A stretch of 63,670 nucleotides of DNA, counting the filler, from Saprolegnia diclina VS20 (Eukaryota): NCBI RefSeq assembly GCF_000281045.1. It is 3 parts of 3 records of this genome, joined end to end, with 100 filler letters (N's around TTAATTAATTAA, not from the genome) between each part and the next. Parts side by side here need not be neighbours in the genome. Positions count along the whole stretch, not along the records: positions 1 to 28,539 come from NW_008246104.1; positions 28,640 to 57,557 come from NW_008246105.1; 1 more part is not named here. The stretch is one strand, 5' to 3'. Below are positions 22,553 to 33,559 of this stretch, one piece after another. Made by a program: the position numbers and the translations under genes. The first letter of the stretch is position 1, and each line of letters opens with the position of its first letter. Under the pieces are notes generated by a model that was not told the DNA's origin, did not search any database, and worked only from the letters and a program-made list of their open reading frames with translations.

Positions 22553-22783
22553 GGTGCAGTTGTCGTAGCAGGCAAAAGGCAAACTGAAGTATCGCCCGAC
22601 CCTGTCACGGTGATGGACTCGCCGTTGCACTGTCTGTTCTACGAAAGTTCCTACTACGTAGGTTCCCTCCCATCCATCAACCAGAAAACCTCGTCCCAGA
22701 AGAGAGCCGACCATACTGCAAGCGAGGGACATCGTCTTGTGAGCGTTAGCAAGAAAATCACCAAGGTCGTACATACTACTCTA

Positions 22784-24369
22784 TCATCTGTGCTGCTTGC
22801 GAAACCCTTGAATGCCGAGCTCCAAATGCAGACCATTCCCGGATTGCAGCTTTGGCAACTCGGTCACTGACGGCTTGGGGCGCGGCTTGGGCGCGGTTGC
22901 CGTCCGAGCATGAATGAGTGGCAAGAGGCGATCGTTGACCGGCGGCGTTGGTCGGTGCGTCGACACGGGCGCCACCGACGGCGTCTTCTTGCGCGGCGGT
23001 CGCTTGACGACGGGCGGCGGCGTCGGCTTGGCCACCGCGAGCGCTGCTTTCTTGGACTCGAATGACTTCTTCAGATGTAGAAATTGCTCCATGTGTGTGT
23101 TTTTGGTCTTGGGCGCGGCTTTGGGCGTCGGACGCATGTTGGCTTTTACATGGTTGACCTTGCGCGTCGTCGCAGCCGCCTTCTTCTTCTGCGCCCACTG
23201 GTCGATCTTGATTTTTTGGAGCGTTTGGGCCTTGGCGCTGGCCTGCGCCTTGTCCATCCGCGTTGCTTTTTGCCGGTCGCGCTCGGGCATGCGCCGGAGC
23301 TCGGCGGCGCGCTGGAGCTGGCGCGGCTTGGGCTCGGGCACCGCCGTCAAGAACGTCTGCGGCTTCTTTTTCGCCTTGGCTTTGGACGGAACCGTGTACG
23401 CCGTCGGCCGCCCCGTCGACGTCTTTGCGAATTTGAGCGCCGGTTTCGACGGCAGCACCGACACGGCGGTCGACGGCCGCGCGTCGTCGTCTTGCTCGAG
23501 GCAAGCAATGCGTCGTTCGAGCTCGACGAGCTTGTCGAGGCTCGAGAGCGCTTTGGATACGTCGTCGGACCCGCTGAGCGCCAGTGCCCGCGGCGTTATT
23601 CGGCCCCGGCTGAGGTCCCGAAGCTGGTCTTCTTCTTGGTTTCCTCCCTAGATAACGACACGATTGACCATAGAGTTATGATGGCGCGGTCATACGCCCG
23701 CCAGCTTGCGCTCGAGCGCCGCGCGGCCGTCGCGGTAGCGTAAATGGCGCGCACGGAGCTCTTCTCGCTCGGCCAGCATGCCCTTGAGCTTGCGCAAGCA
23801 GTTGATATGTCGCGCCACCTTGTTTTCCAAGCGCATCTACCGGTATGTTTCGTAACATTGCTGGGAATGGACAATAAAACAATACGTACTTCTTCACGGC
23901 GCTCGTCGGCTTCGTACTGTCGAATGAACTCGGTCGTGACCTCGAGCGGCTTCATGTTTTCCTCTTCTTCGATCTGCTGCCGCCGCTCGTGTCGCTCGTC
24001 GGCGTCGACGATCGCTGCCACGCGCAAGTCTTCGCGCTTGAGTTTCTAGAGAGAGAGAGAGAGTTGTTGCTGAGCAACCATGCTAGCCGTCCGCGACGGT
24101 ACTTTGGTCTTGATGAGCGCGGCCTTGAGCGCGGCTTCGTTGGCGAGCTTGTGCCAATTGAGAAGCTTCATTTCTTGCTTAATCTCGTCGAGCTGCGACG
24201 AGTGCCCGCCCCGCCGGGGGCGCGCGTACTCGGCCGCGATCGCTTCGACCCGGGCATCCTCGTCGTCGTCGTCATCCTCGTCGTCGTCGTCATCCTCGTC
24301 GTCGCTCGTCGCAGGCTTGAAGGCCTCGAGCTCCTTGACCCAGCCCGAGTACGTCGATGCGACCGCCAT
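22784..24369 (-). CDS. Hypothetical protein: acidic tract, coiled-coil, Lys/Pro-rich C-terminus (about 4 exons)
   Basis: ATG at 24369 (MAVASTYSGWVKELE, poly-D). Exons join through GT-AG introns into KLKREDLRV...RLENKVARHINCLRKLK...LDKLVELERRIACLE... No recognisable domain. Confidence 0.65.
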
Positions 24370-24494
24370 CGGCCCGCAAGGCGTCGCAAAGCTAAATTTA
24401 TGCTCCCCACGCAATCATCCGAAGAAACCCTCGATTCGACTATATATATATTGACGCCAGCGATTTGACGTGGAGATGAACTAACTAACGACGA

Positions 24495-25736
24495 CTAGAG
24501 TAGCACGCTGGACACCTGCAGCGCATCAAAGAAGCTCTCGACACGATGCACTTGGTGCGTCTCGATCGCATGGGCGAGGTGCAAATGTGACGAGTCGCTT
24601 GCGTTTGGCGGCGCGAGCGAGTGCACGACCACTGTCACATGACACGTCGAGGCCGTCACGCTCTCAATCCGCAGCCTACGCCATCCAACGTTCCATGAGC
24701 CAAGTTGACGCCAGTCGATCAAAGATATGTTTACCAGCCGCTCGAGTTGTCGTGAATCGTGTCGTCGCCAAGGGGAAATCGGTCGTCTTCGAGGATCGAG
24801 CGCCAGACCAGCACGTCATGGCCGTCGAGTGCAGTGCGCAAGAGCGCGAGCCGGCTTTCAAAGACGGATGCTGCGTATTTCGCGTAGCCCAGATCGTCCC
24901 CCACCTCTTCTAGACCCTAACCACATGTGAGATAACGACCATTACTAGTTTCGTTGTTGCGTACCGTGTAGTCGGGCGCCGCCTTGCCGCACAAGCGCTG
25001 CCAGAGCGCTGCGACCGCCGCCGAGGCCGAGAGAGCAACCGGTCGACTGTAGACGATCTCAACGGCGCCGGAGATGCTATCGCGCCGGACGGCCTCGCAG
25101 CGCATCGGACCATCGAGGAGGCCAAAGCGCAGCAGCGTCGTGTTGAGCGACGACACTTCCCGCGTCACGAGCGCGCGGATGCTCGTGCGTCGACATGGTG
25201 CATCGGTGAGGCTGTAGAACGGCAGAGTCTTGTCGCTTTGCAGCTCCTATCGAATGCGTCAGCATGGCGAGGGATGCATGAGACGAGGCTACCGGGTGGC
25301 GCGGGCGCTTGGCGACGATGCGCTGAAAGGCGTGGGCCATCGAGAGCTGACCGGTCACGGCTTCGCGCAGTTTGTGGTTTTCCTGGATCGAGCGCTGGAG
25401 CTGCGTCGCTTGGCGGCGCGCGCGCTGCTGCCACGCCGACGACGCCTCGTCTTTATGCAGCTGCGTCGTCTGGAGCGCCTCGAGGCGCTCAGTGAGCGAC
25501 GCGGCAGTCTCCCGGAGCGTGTCGAGCTCGGACTTGAGCTTGGCGCGGTGGCGGCGGTCGCGCGCCTGTCGCAGCGTCGTTTTGGCCGACTCGTCGTGCT
25601 GGTCTTTGTCGTCGCTGGCGGGAAAGAAGCACTCGGTCAGGAACGCGTCGTCGGCCAACGCGTCACTTGGGGCGAACGCGTCGTCAAGCAAGAGCGACGT
25701 CAAGGCGGCGTCGCGGCCAAAGAATGCATCGTCCAT
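24495..25736 (-). CDS. Oomycete bZIP-like coiled-coil protein with C-terminal START-like region (M96 mating-specific family type); multi-exon
   Basis: RRHRAKLKSELDTLRETAASLTERLEAL...AWQQRARRQ...ENHKLREAV..QL..A is the family pattern. Later exons give VLVWRSILEDDRFP and WLRIE. Confidence 0.7.
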
Positions 25737-26100
25737 GATCGTCGTACTCGCACTGGTGAGGATCGTTGCTACTCGTAGTTAGTTAGTCATGCCGACGACT
25801 GGTGGTGCTACCTGCTGGTGTCATGCCCGTCGAAAATTGCACTCTGACCCCGATCCAGTGGTGCAATGACAGTCATTCTAGGCGGCACCAACATTCGACG
25901 TGGAGCTATTACTGCGATTCTCATCGTATACGACAAGTAGGTATTTGTAGCCGCCTATGCATCCGCCACGTGGCAAATCGGGCGCGCAACTCGTTTTCGT
26001 AACGTTTCCCGCGCGCGCCGCTGGCCATCAACACCAACATTCTAAAATGTTTTTTTCATTTGCTCGTTTGACACGCCGTCGTCGCTGAACGCTGGCGCGC

Positions 26101-26126
26101 GGACCTTGGACCTTGGACCTTGGACC
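26101..26126 (+). repeat. 7-bp tandem repeat (GGACCTT)x3.7
   Basis: ggaccttggaccttggaccttggacc read directly. Confidence 0.85.
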
Positions 26127-29100
26127 GACAAGCTTCGCTCTCGTTCTTGTGCGCGACGAATGTGTGTGTGATGTCGTTGGCGTCGGAATTACCCACCTGG
26201 CGTGATCACGCTCGAAGTCTGCAATAATAATAGCGTGCCGCAGATTCGCAGCGACTTCGGTTGGGCCACAGTAGCTAACCACGGTATGCAGTGCGATACG
26301 ACTTGGATAGCGTCAGCTAGTGACGGCCATGTCTCTACCTTGGCGCGAGGTGTGGTGCATTCATGCACTATCAAGGATACGAAAATCGGTTTTGTACCAA
26401 TTTAAGGGCTTTGATGAAGGCTTGATGATGCCATATTTAGTTACTAGACAACCTCGTACGTGAACAAAGATGATGTTATCCGACGGCTCTGCGTCGATGT
26501 GATGATTGCATTCCCTGGACAGAGTATAGCACAATGAAAATCAGTATTTGTGTTGACGAAAGCACGCAAAACGCGAAAATCGGCGACTTTCGGAAGCGCT
26601 ACACCGTATGCAGCCGCTGTCAAGGGTGTCGCAGTGGACAACATGCGTCCGCTCGTGGTACTGTACCTTTTCATCCGAGTACCACACGATCACGACCACC
26701 GCCATGGCCATAAACAGGTGACACTGCCTGGGCGAACGGAGAGGAACGAGTAGAAAATCGTGCTTGAATGATACACGGGATCTTGCTTCATGACTGATGT
26801 CCAGTGAAAGCGCAGGACGTGGAGGACGGCGGAACGCGGTGATGATCCCACGTGGAAGCGCGCCGTCGTACGTGGACCAAGAGGGACCAAGACGTTTAAA
26901 AATCTCTGTGTGGGCGCAGCAAGCGTGTTGTAGCTGTCCGATCATTGCAAGCTGTTAGTCGATCCGTGTCGGAATGACCTTCATAGAGTGTCGGCAAGAG
27001 ATATTTTCGTAACGCTTCTTGTCTATGAGCTTGCCACGTCATTTGACGGTACTAGTAGAAGGCGTCAAAAAAGGAGGACCGCATCCGATAGAGCCCGCTG
27101 CAGGCAACGCCGTTGGAAGCGTGCCACATACTGGCGTTGGTAGAGTCGATATATGATGGAAAGACGTCGTCCCGTCGTTGCGCGAGCGAATTCATTTCGG
27201 TTCATTTTGCTGCAGTACAAGCATGTCCAACAGACCTGCTTTGGTTGCCAAGGTGCCGATCGCCTTCGCACACTGGACATGCCTAACGTTAGTGTAAGAA
27301 CATGGTGTAAGAATCAACATACTGCCTTCTCGTATTCGAGTGGTCAGCTGTCTGAAGACTGAGACGAAACAAGCGCACTTTAGTCAACACTACCAGGTCT
27401 CCTCTTGTTGAGAGCGTTGATATTCTTCAAGGGAATTCATGTAGTACTCCCTTGATATGGTTTAACGAGGAAACTACACGTATGGACTACTTCGAAATCA
27501 ACCGCTGCGCTGCCGATGGCTGCGCCGGCGCCGACCGATCAACGACCGACGACCGCAGCGCCGCAAAGCCTTCGCTGGAGGTGCGGCCCGTGCTCAAGGC
27601 CGTATGGGCTGCTCGACTACCGCATATCGCGGTGGCAGACATGACGCCGACTGACCGACCGTCTTAGCGACGGTCCACGCTTCCATGACCTTCAAGAAAA
27701 TGACAACATCGCGACCATCAAAAATCCCCCAAAAACAAATGTTGTCGATGACAAGCGTATTTGTCATCCTCTGAGTGAGTCTGCTTGCAGACAACATTGA
27801 CATTGCTAGCTACATGTAGTATATACTAGTAAGTAGTGATAGACTTCCGATCGACACTTTACTATACCCCGACCGCTCATATGCGTTTCGTTTGCACAAG
27901 CTAAACTACATTTCGTCATGACTCTTGATTTCGAAGGAATTTGCCCCGCGAGAAATCTTTCTCACATTATCGTGTGCATTTGCTCCTTCCACACAAGTAT
28001 ACCCCCAGCGTCCTGCACACAGCGTCCTGCATGCAATGAGCGATACCGAGAATGAGATTCCTTGGCTAGCGACAGACAATCATGACAATATTATCAGCAC
28101 CATTGACACCACGAGACGTAGAAAAGCATCATCTTTGTATTGCTCGTAAGGCCATCGCGGGGACGACCAGTGTTCGCGCAGTAGCAAGAGCGCGTCGCGC
28201 ACGGTGCGCATCGTGAACGAGCAACCGTACCTAGCTCCGATGACGCGGCAGTTTAGCATTGATCAACGGCGCCACATTAGACGCCATCACTTTTGTCGTA
28301 GCGGCCGTCCGACGAGAGATAAGCAAGACAGCCACTGCCGACGCAAGCCCGACGAGCGAGGAATGCCATGATCACTCATTCAACATCCTTGTTACCCCAA
28401 GAGGGGTAAAACACTGGCATAGACCAAGCGAGACCCACCTCGTTGCGCTCTGTTGGGCTCATGCTTCATGCAGGCGTCCTCGCCTTGAGACTAGTGTCAT
28501 CTTCGGCAAAGATTTACATACATCGACCAGGATGGCCCGNNNNNNNNNNNNNNNNNNNNNNNNNNNNNNNNNNNNNNNNNNNNTTAATTAATTAANNNNN
28601 NNNNNNNNNNNNNNNNNNNNNNNNNNNNNNNNNNNNNNNGCATGCAAATAAAAATCGTCGTACTACAATCGTAAACACGCAGATTACCGCATGAACAGAG
28701 CATCATGTGACAGGGCAATGTTATCCACTATCGTAGACTCGTACTGTTTTGTAACGGCGCCCTTCTTGGTCCGCGCGTCCAGGTTCTCTCGGAATTCCTC
28801 TTGCTGCCGTTGTCGGCAGTGCATCCCAAAAGAAGAGACGTGAGCGAGCCTTCAAAACGCAGCACCAAGAACGCTCCTTCCATGCAACTCAAGTGCCGCT
28901 CCTTGCATCACCCACGGGATATTCTCGACAGGCTGTCTGCATGAGCCAAGACCTTGTTGCGTTTCTATCATCACCCAAAAGGCTGGCCACCTCTCCTTCG
29001 TAGTCGGTGGGTTTGGCGCCGAGCGCTTCGTGGACAGTTGACGCCACATCCAACTCGACAGGCTCCGTCGTGCTCTTGACAAGGTTGCACCAGGCAGCGG

Positions 29101-29678
29101 CATCATGCTCACGCAGGGACGGAGCTTACTACGACAATCGAATTGAGATTGAACAGTCCCCTTCCCCTTCACTTAGCGTTCGAGAGGCGTGCATGTCTTA
29201 TAAAAGAGTCCCGGAACACGACCGATGGCGCTGGAACAAACTGTCGTTTCGAACCACCACGGCAAAGCACCGTCACCTAGGAGAAGCGTGACTGTGCGAG
29301 TTTCTTTATTGCAAATGATGTGCAAGCGTACCACGAAGTCCCACTTTCGCCTTCTTGAATATCCCGTGATAGCTTGAAGAGCGCACTTGTCGCCAGCCCT
29401 TTCGTTGCGAAGTTGGCGCCACCGATTTTGCCAGGAGCCAATCAGGAACGTCCAACGCGGTGATTGGCCACGTCTTGGCCAACCAACGCGCGAAATCACG
29501 TGTCAAGATACCAAGACCAGTTGAAGCGCGAGGCCAACGAACGGTGCCAATCGAGGTCCATTTGAAAGCAACGACAACTCTGCTGTGATGCGCTCACGAA
29601 GTCGGCGAGTCTTCTGCGCATACCAAAGACGAAGCATTTCACACCACAATTCATTTTGCTTTCTCGACGCCAAGCACC

Positions 29679-31757
29679 ATGGGCCACACATCGACCTATG
29701 AGGCGATGGCGACTCCGCCACTGCACGCGCCACTGGACGCTGAAGTCAAGTCGGTGCCGCGCAAGCTTGCTCTCGCCGCGCACTGGGTCGCGGGACTGCT
29801 CGTGCTCTACGCTATCTTTGGTACCACGGTCATCTACAGTCAAACGTCGATCGACATTATGAACAACTTTCTCTGTCCGCTCTTTGGCGTCGACCCGTAC
29901 AAGTGGCCGAGCGGCCACTACGAGATGGTGGACGCCGGGTACTTCTTATTTGCGTCCATCTTGCCGATATTTGTGGCCTTCTTGCTCGTGCGCCTCGTGT
30001 CCCACGGCGCGACGTTTCCGATTTTCCGTGTGTCGTATGCGCTGCAGCGCAAGCCACGTTTCCTCAACTCGCTCGTGACCTACGGCGAGGCGCTCTTCCT
30101 TCTCGTTGTCGTTGGCGGCAACATCCTCTTCTTCTACTTCTCCTACACGATCCGTGTCGAGCCCACGAGCACGAACGAGCGACGGCTCGAGGCGGCGGCC
30201 GCTGCCTTTGGCTTTTTGACGGCGTACAACATGGCGTTTCTTGCGCTGCCGGCGTCGCGCCACTGCTTTTGGATGGAGTGGCTCGGTATTCCATACGCCC
30301 ACGGCATCAAGTACCATCGCTGGCTCGGGATTTTGTCGATTTTGGCGCTCGTCTTGCACACAATCGTCTACGTCGTGTCGTATGCGCGCAAGCACGAGCT
30401 CATGAAGATGCTACCGTGCTTTGATTGCGACATTGGTGACGAAGGCTACGAGAACTGGATGATCTCGTTCGGATGGCTCTCGGGCTTTGCCATGTTCATC
30501 ATGGGCATGACGTCGATCTCGTATGTGCGCCGACGCTACTACAACGTCTTTTACGTCACGCACTTTCTCTTTATTCCGGCCACGATCTTTGCCGCCATGC
30601 ATTGGTCGGGCGTCCTCCTCTTTTGCTTTGTCTCGATGGTGCTCTACATTGGCAACCGCATGATGTCGTCGGCCACGATCTCGGCGCCCGTCGTCGTCCG
30701 CAAGGCCATCTCGTACCCGCACCAGGTCACCGAACTCATCGTCGAGATTGCGACGCACTACCAGGCCGGCGACGTCGTCTACCTCAAGGTCCCGGCCGTC
30801 TCCAAGACGCAGTGGCACCCGTTCAGTGTCGCGTCGACGCCGCTGCACACGCCTGGCACGATGACGATTTACCTCAAGAACCTCGGGCGCTGGTCGAGCC
30901 AAGTGTTCGAGTACGTCCGTCAGTGCAACGCTGCCCGTATCGACCCTATCATCTACATGGATGGCGGCTACGTCTCGCCCGCACTCGTTCCAGCGTCGTT
31001 TGAGAAGGTGGTCTTCATCGGCGGCGGCATCGGCGTCACCCCGCTCATGGCCCAGATCATGCACGTCTTGTACACGGCGCCGTCGCAGGAAGTCCATTTG
31101 GTCTGGCACGTCCGCGACCTCCGCATGATGACGCAGTTCCAGCAGTGGTTCCACGAAGCGACGGGTCTCTCGTCCAACTTGCGCCTCCACCTCTTTGTGA
31201 CCAAGTCGTCGCCGCCTGATGACGAGACCGCCGCTTCCTCGACCGCGTTTGACCTCAAGGCGTCCGACATTCCGCCGCGGCCGTACGCCAACGTGTCGAT
31301 GCTCCGCCAGACGCTGCTTTTTGTCAGCGCCTTCCTCGGCGCTGGCATCCTCTTCGTCGTGGTCCACTATGGCAACAAGATTTCGACCATCAACGCAGCG
31401 TACTGGCCGATTCAGAGCTTCATGGAGTTTGTGGCGATCGTCGTTGGGTCGTATTGGGCCTACGTCGTCGTCTTGATCAAGCCGTATACGCCCACACCGG
31501 TCGCCAAATCACCTGTCGACGAGATGCCCAAGGAGCCGACCATGTCGGACGAGGCGTTCGTCGAGCGCTATAGCGTCCAGCGAGGTCGCATGGACTGGTC
31601 CGTCTTCTTTGCGAATCTTGTGAACGACACGGCAGCGACTGCGCCGACACCGGCGATCGGTGTCTATATCTCTGGCCCCAAGACGCTCTCGCGCGCGATC
31701 GATGCCCAAGCGCACTCGGCGCAATTTGCGGTGCACCATGAAGAGTTTGAGATGTAG
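29679..31757 (+). CDS. Ferric (metallo)reductase, FRE/FRO-type flavocytochrome (692 aa)
   Basis: Heme His pairs in YHRWLG...LH and THFLF...MH; FAD motif QWHPFS; DGGY; NADPH motif IGGGIGVTP; YISGP; C-terminal HEEFE. No EF-hands. Two extra TM segments lie within the NADPH domain. Confidence 0.92.
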   Translation: MGHTSTYEAMATPPLHAPLDAEVKSVPRKLALAAHWVAGLLVLYAIFGTTVIYSQTSIDIMNNFLCPLFGVDPYKWPSGHYEMVDAGYFLFASILPIFVAFLLVRLVSHGATFPIFRVSYALQRKPRFLNSLVTYGEALFLLVVVGGNILFFYFSYTIRVEPTSTNERRLEAAAAAFGFLTAYNMAFLALPASRHCFWMEWLGIPYAHGIKYHRWLGILSILALVLHTIVYVVSYARKHELMKMLPCFDCDIGDEGYENWMISFGWLSGFAMFIMGMTSISYVRRRYYNVFYVTHFLFIPATIFAAMHWSGVLLFCFVSMVLYIGNRMMSSATISAPVVVRKAISYPHQVTELIVEIATHYQAGDVVYLKVPAVSKTQWHPFSVASTPLHTPGTMTIYLKNLGRWSSQVFEYVRQCNAARIDPIIYMDGGYVSPALVPASFEKVVFIGGGIGVTPLMAQIMHVLYTAPSQEVHLVWHVRDLRMMTQFQQWFHEATGLSSNLRLHLFVTKSSPPDDETAASSTAFDLKASDIPPRPYANVSMLRQTLLFVSAFLGAGILFVVVHYGNKISTINAAYWPIQSFMEFVAIVVGSYWAYVVVLIKPYTPTPVAKSPVDEMPKEPTMSDEAFVERYSVQRGRMDWSVFFANLVNDTAATAPTPAIGVYISGPKTLSRAIDAQAHSAQFAVHHEEFEM

Positions 31758-32099
31758 TCGGCGTTCGCCACCGCGCTTTGTTTCTACAGTACATGCATAG
31801 TATAAATTTGCCTTTGATAAAACCGGAATCATTCCATGGACAATTTGATTCCAACTGTGCACAGTACTCCACAACAGTCGGACATAGTACCCACTAGAGT
31901 CAGTAGTCGCTTGTACGAACTTGCTGGAACCCGTAATAAGCGCAGACACAACACGGGTCAATGTTCACGGCTTTATATATGGTGGCACTGATGTTTGCTT
32001 GGGTGGAGCCCCGATTTCTCCAATCACTATCGTTATACTCCACTTGCATTTGAACGAAAACACTTCAATCGAGATATCATCGTGTCGAACCTTCAACTA

Positions 32100-32175
32100 C
32101 CTGCGATATCATTCATAGCTTGGTTGGGACTTGAAGAACGTCAAGTCCCAACCAAGTTATGAAGGATATCGCAGG
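32100..32175. repeat. Near-perfect inverted repeat / hairpin: 35-bp arms, 6-nt loop
   Basis: Arm 32100-32134 (CCTGCGATATCATTCATAGCTTGGTTGGGACTTGA) pairs with 32141-32175, with one A-G mismatch and one G-U. Loop AGAACG. Confidence 0.95.
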
Positions 32176-32370
32176 AATGAAATATATATATATGAACGTG
32201 TTTCGCGTTATCTTCATGAATGAAATGGTCAAATAAAAGGTCAACGCATCGGTGATTGCTGGCACCAAGGGCTTAAATACCAAGGGCTCAAATATGTTCA
32301 TGCTGCCACCCGCACTGGATTCATCATTTCTCATGACAAGGCGATCTTGTTTTGAACGACGAAAATCGCT

Positions 32371-32722
32371 TTAGTCCGGCACGACGGCTGGAATCGCAAA
32401 GTTGTTGTCGCAGTGGGGGCACACCGTGTCGTCCAGCGTAAAATTACTACAAAATTGTGGCATCATTCGGGCCGATATAATTTGAGACTATCGGGCGTTG
32501 TCGTACGAGAGGATTTTTCGAAAGCATTTCTTGCACTGCTTGCAAGCAAACGCCATCTCGGGCGCGGCGAGGATCGGATGGTCCGAGACCTCAAAATGGC
32601 ACTCGGTGCAGTCAAACCACCGCTTGCAGCACGGGGCGCGGAATGCCACCTACGGCAACCTCTTCACTAATCCACGCGACGACGACGACGACCACCTGGA
32701 CGTTCAAGATGTGTTTGCACAT
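32371..32722 (-). CDS. Small CHY-type zinc-finger protein (81 aa, 3 exons: 32722-32696, 32649-32507, 32446-32371)
   Basis: Splicing two GT-AG introns (46 and 60 nt) gives MCKHILNVQVAFRAPCCKRWFDCTECHFEVSDHPILAAPEMAFACKQCKKCFRKILSNFTLDDTVCPHCDNNFAIPAVVPD*. This fits the zf-CHY pattern (CxH...CC..W.DC.ECH...DH...CxxC...CPxC). Not in the ORF track. Confidence 0.88.
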
Positions 32723-32787
32723 GCGCGCCCGAGCTAAATTTAGTCGTGTAATCGAAAAAGAGATGCAATGTCGTCCAATATCGCATT

Positions 32788-32925
32788 TAGTTAGTCGATA
32801 CGATATTGTAGTTAGTCGATACGATATTGTAGTTAGTCGATAAGATCGAGTAGTTAGTTGCTACTCACAGATCCGTTAGTCGAAAATGCGAGTTAGTTAG
32901 TTGACATATCTAGTTAGTTGGTCGA
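32788..32925 (+). repeat. Degenerate ~21-bp tandem array with a GTTAGT core, upstream of the CHY gene
   Basis: TAGTTAGTCGATACGATATTG occurs twice exactly, then TAGTTAGTCGATAAGATCGAG, TAGTTAGTTG and further GTTAGT cores near 32875, 32892 and 32913. Confidence 0.85.
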
Positions 32926-33559
32926 TATGGCCAATGACGAAGCGCGCGTGTGACGCACAATGTCTTCGGCGCCGTTCGACGCCTCACTAAAACGCGTTTA
33001 TACCCAATACGCGCCTCGTGGATACCGCGCCAAAATTCGGAATGCTCGGGTGTTGCCTAATAAAAGGCGGCGTGTGACGAGGTTGGGCGATCGTCGTCGA
33101 GTATGAACAGGCGTTGGGGACAAGGAAAAGGAGCGCGGCTCCGTGAGTTGGCTCCGTTCTCACCTGCAGAATGCGGCGTTAAACCTCGAGACACGCGTGA
33201 CAGCGCACCCGGTTGCCGTCGCCGCACGCATGCGAAACGCAGGTACAATGCGGTAAACCCCCTCTTTCGTGCCTACTTGCATCCGCCGCGTGCCCCGTGT
33301 TGGCATTGCAGAACCCATCGAGCACTATGAGGTGGTATGTTTAACGCGTTTAAACGTCGTGGATCTTTTCTTGCGTCGGCATAAAAAAGAGGCCACAAAT
33401 GAATGGTGCCGGCCCAATTAAAATTCGCGGCAGTCGCCCAATGGCCAATCCGCGTGCACGTGGCTTTTGACGCAATTGTCAAAAGGTGTCGAAAGGTGTC
33501 GGAACGACGGCCGTCGTGACATCTGCTGTGTAATAGAAAAGTCCTTTGTCGGCTCAAAG

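Noticed and set aside
28584..28595. TTAATTAATTAA inside an N gap
   Set aside because: Artificial scaffold spacer with stops in all six frames; the same string recurs in another gap.
32788..32925. CRISPR-like or telomeric interpretation of the GTTAGT array
   Set aside because: Eukaryotic context, spacers that are copies of each other, and a unit that is not the TTTAGGG telomere repeat.
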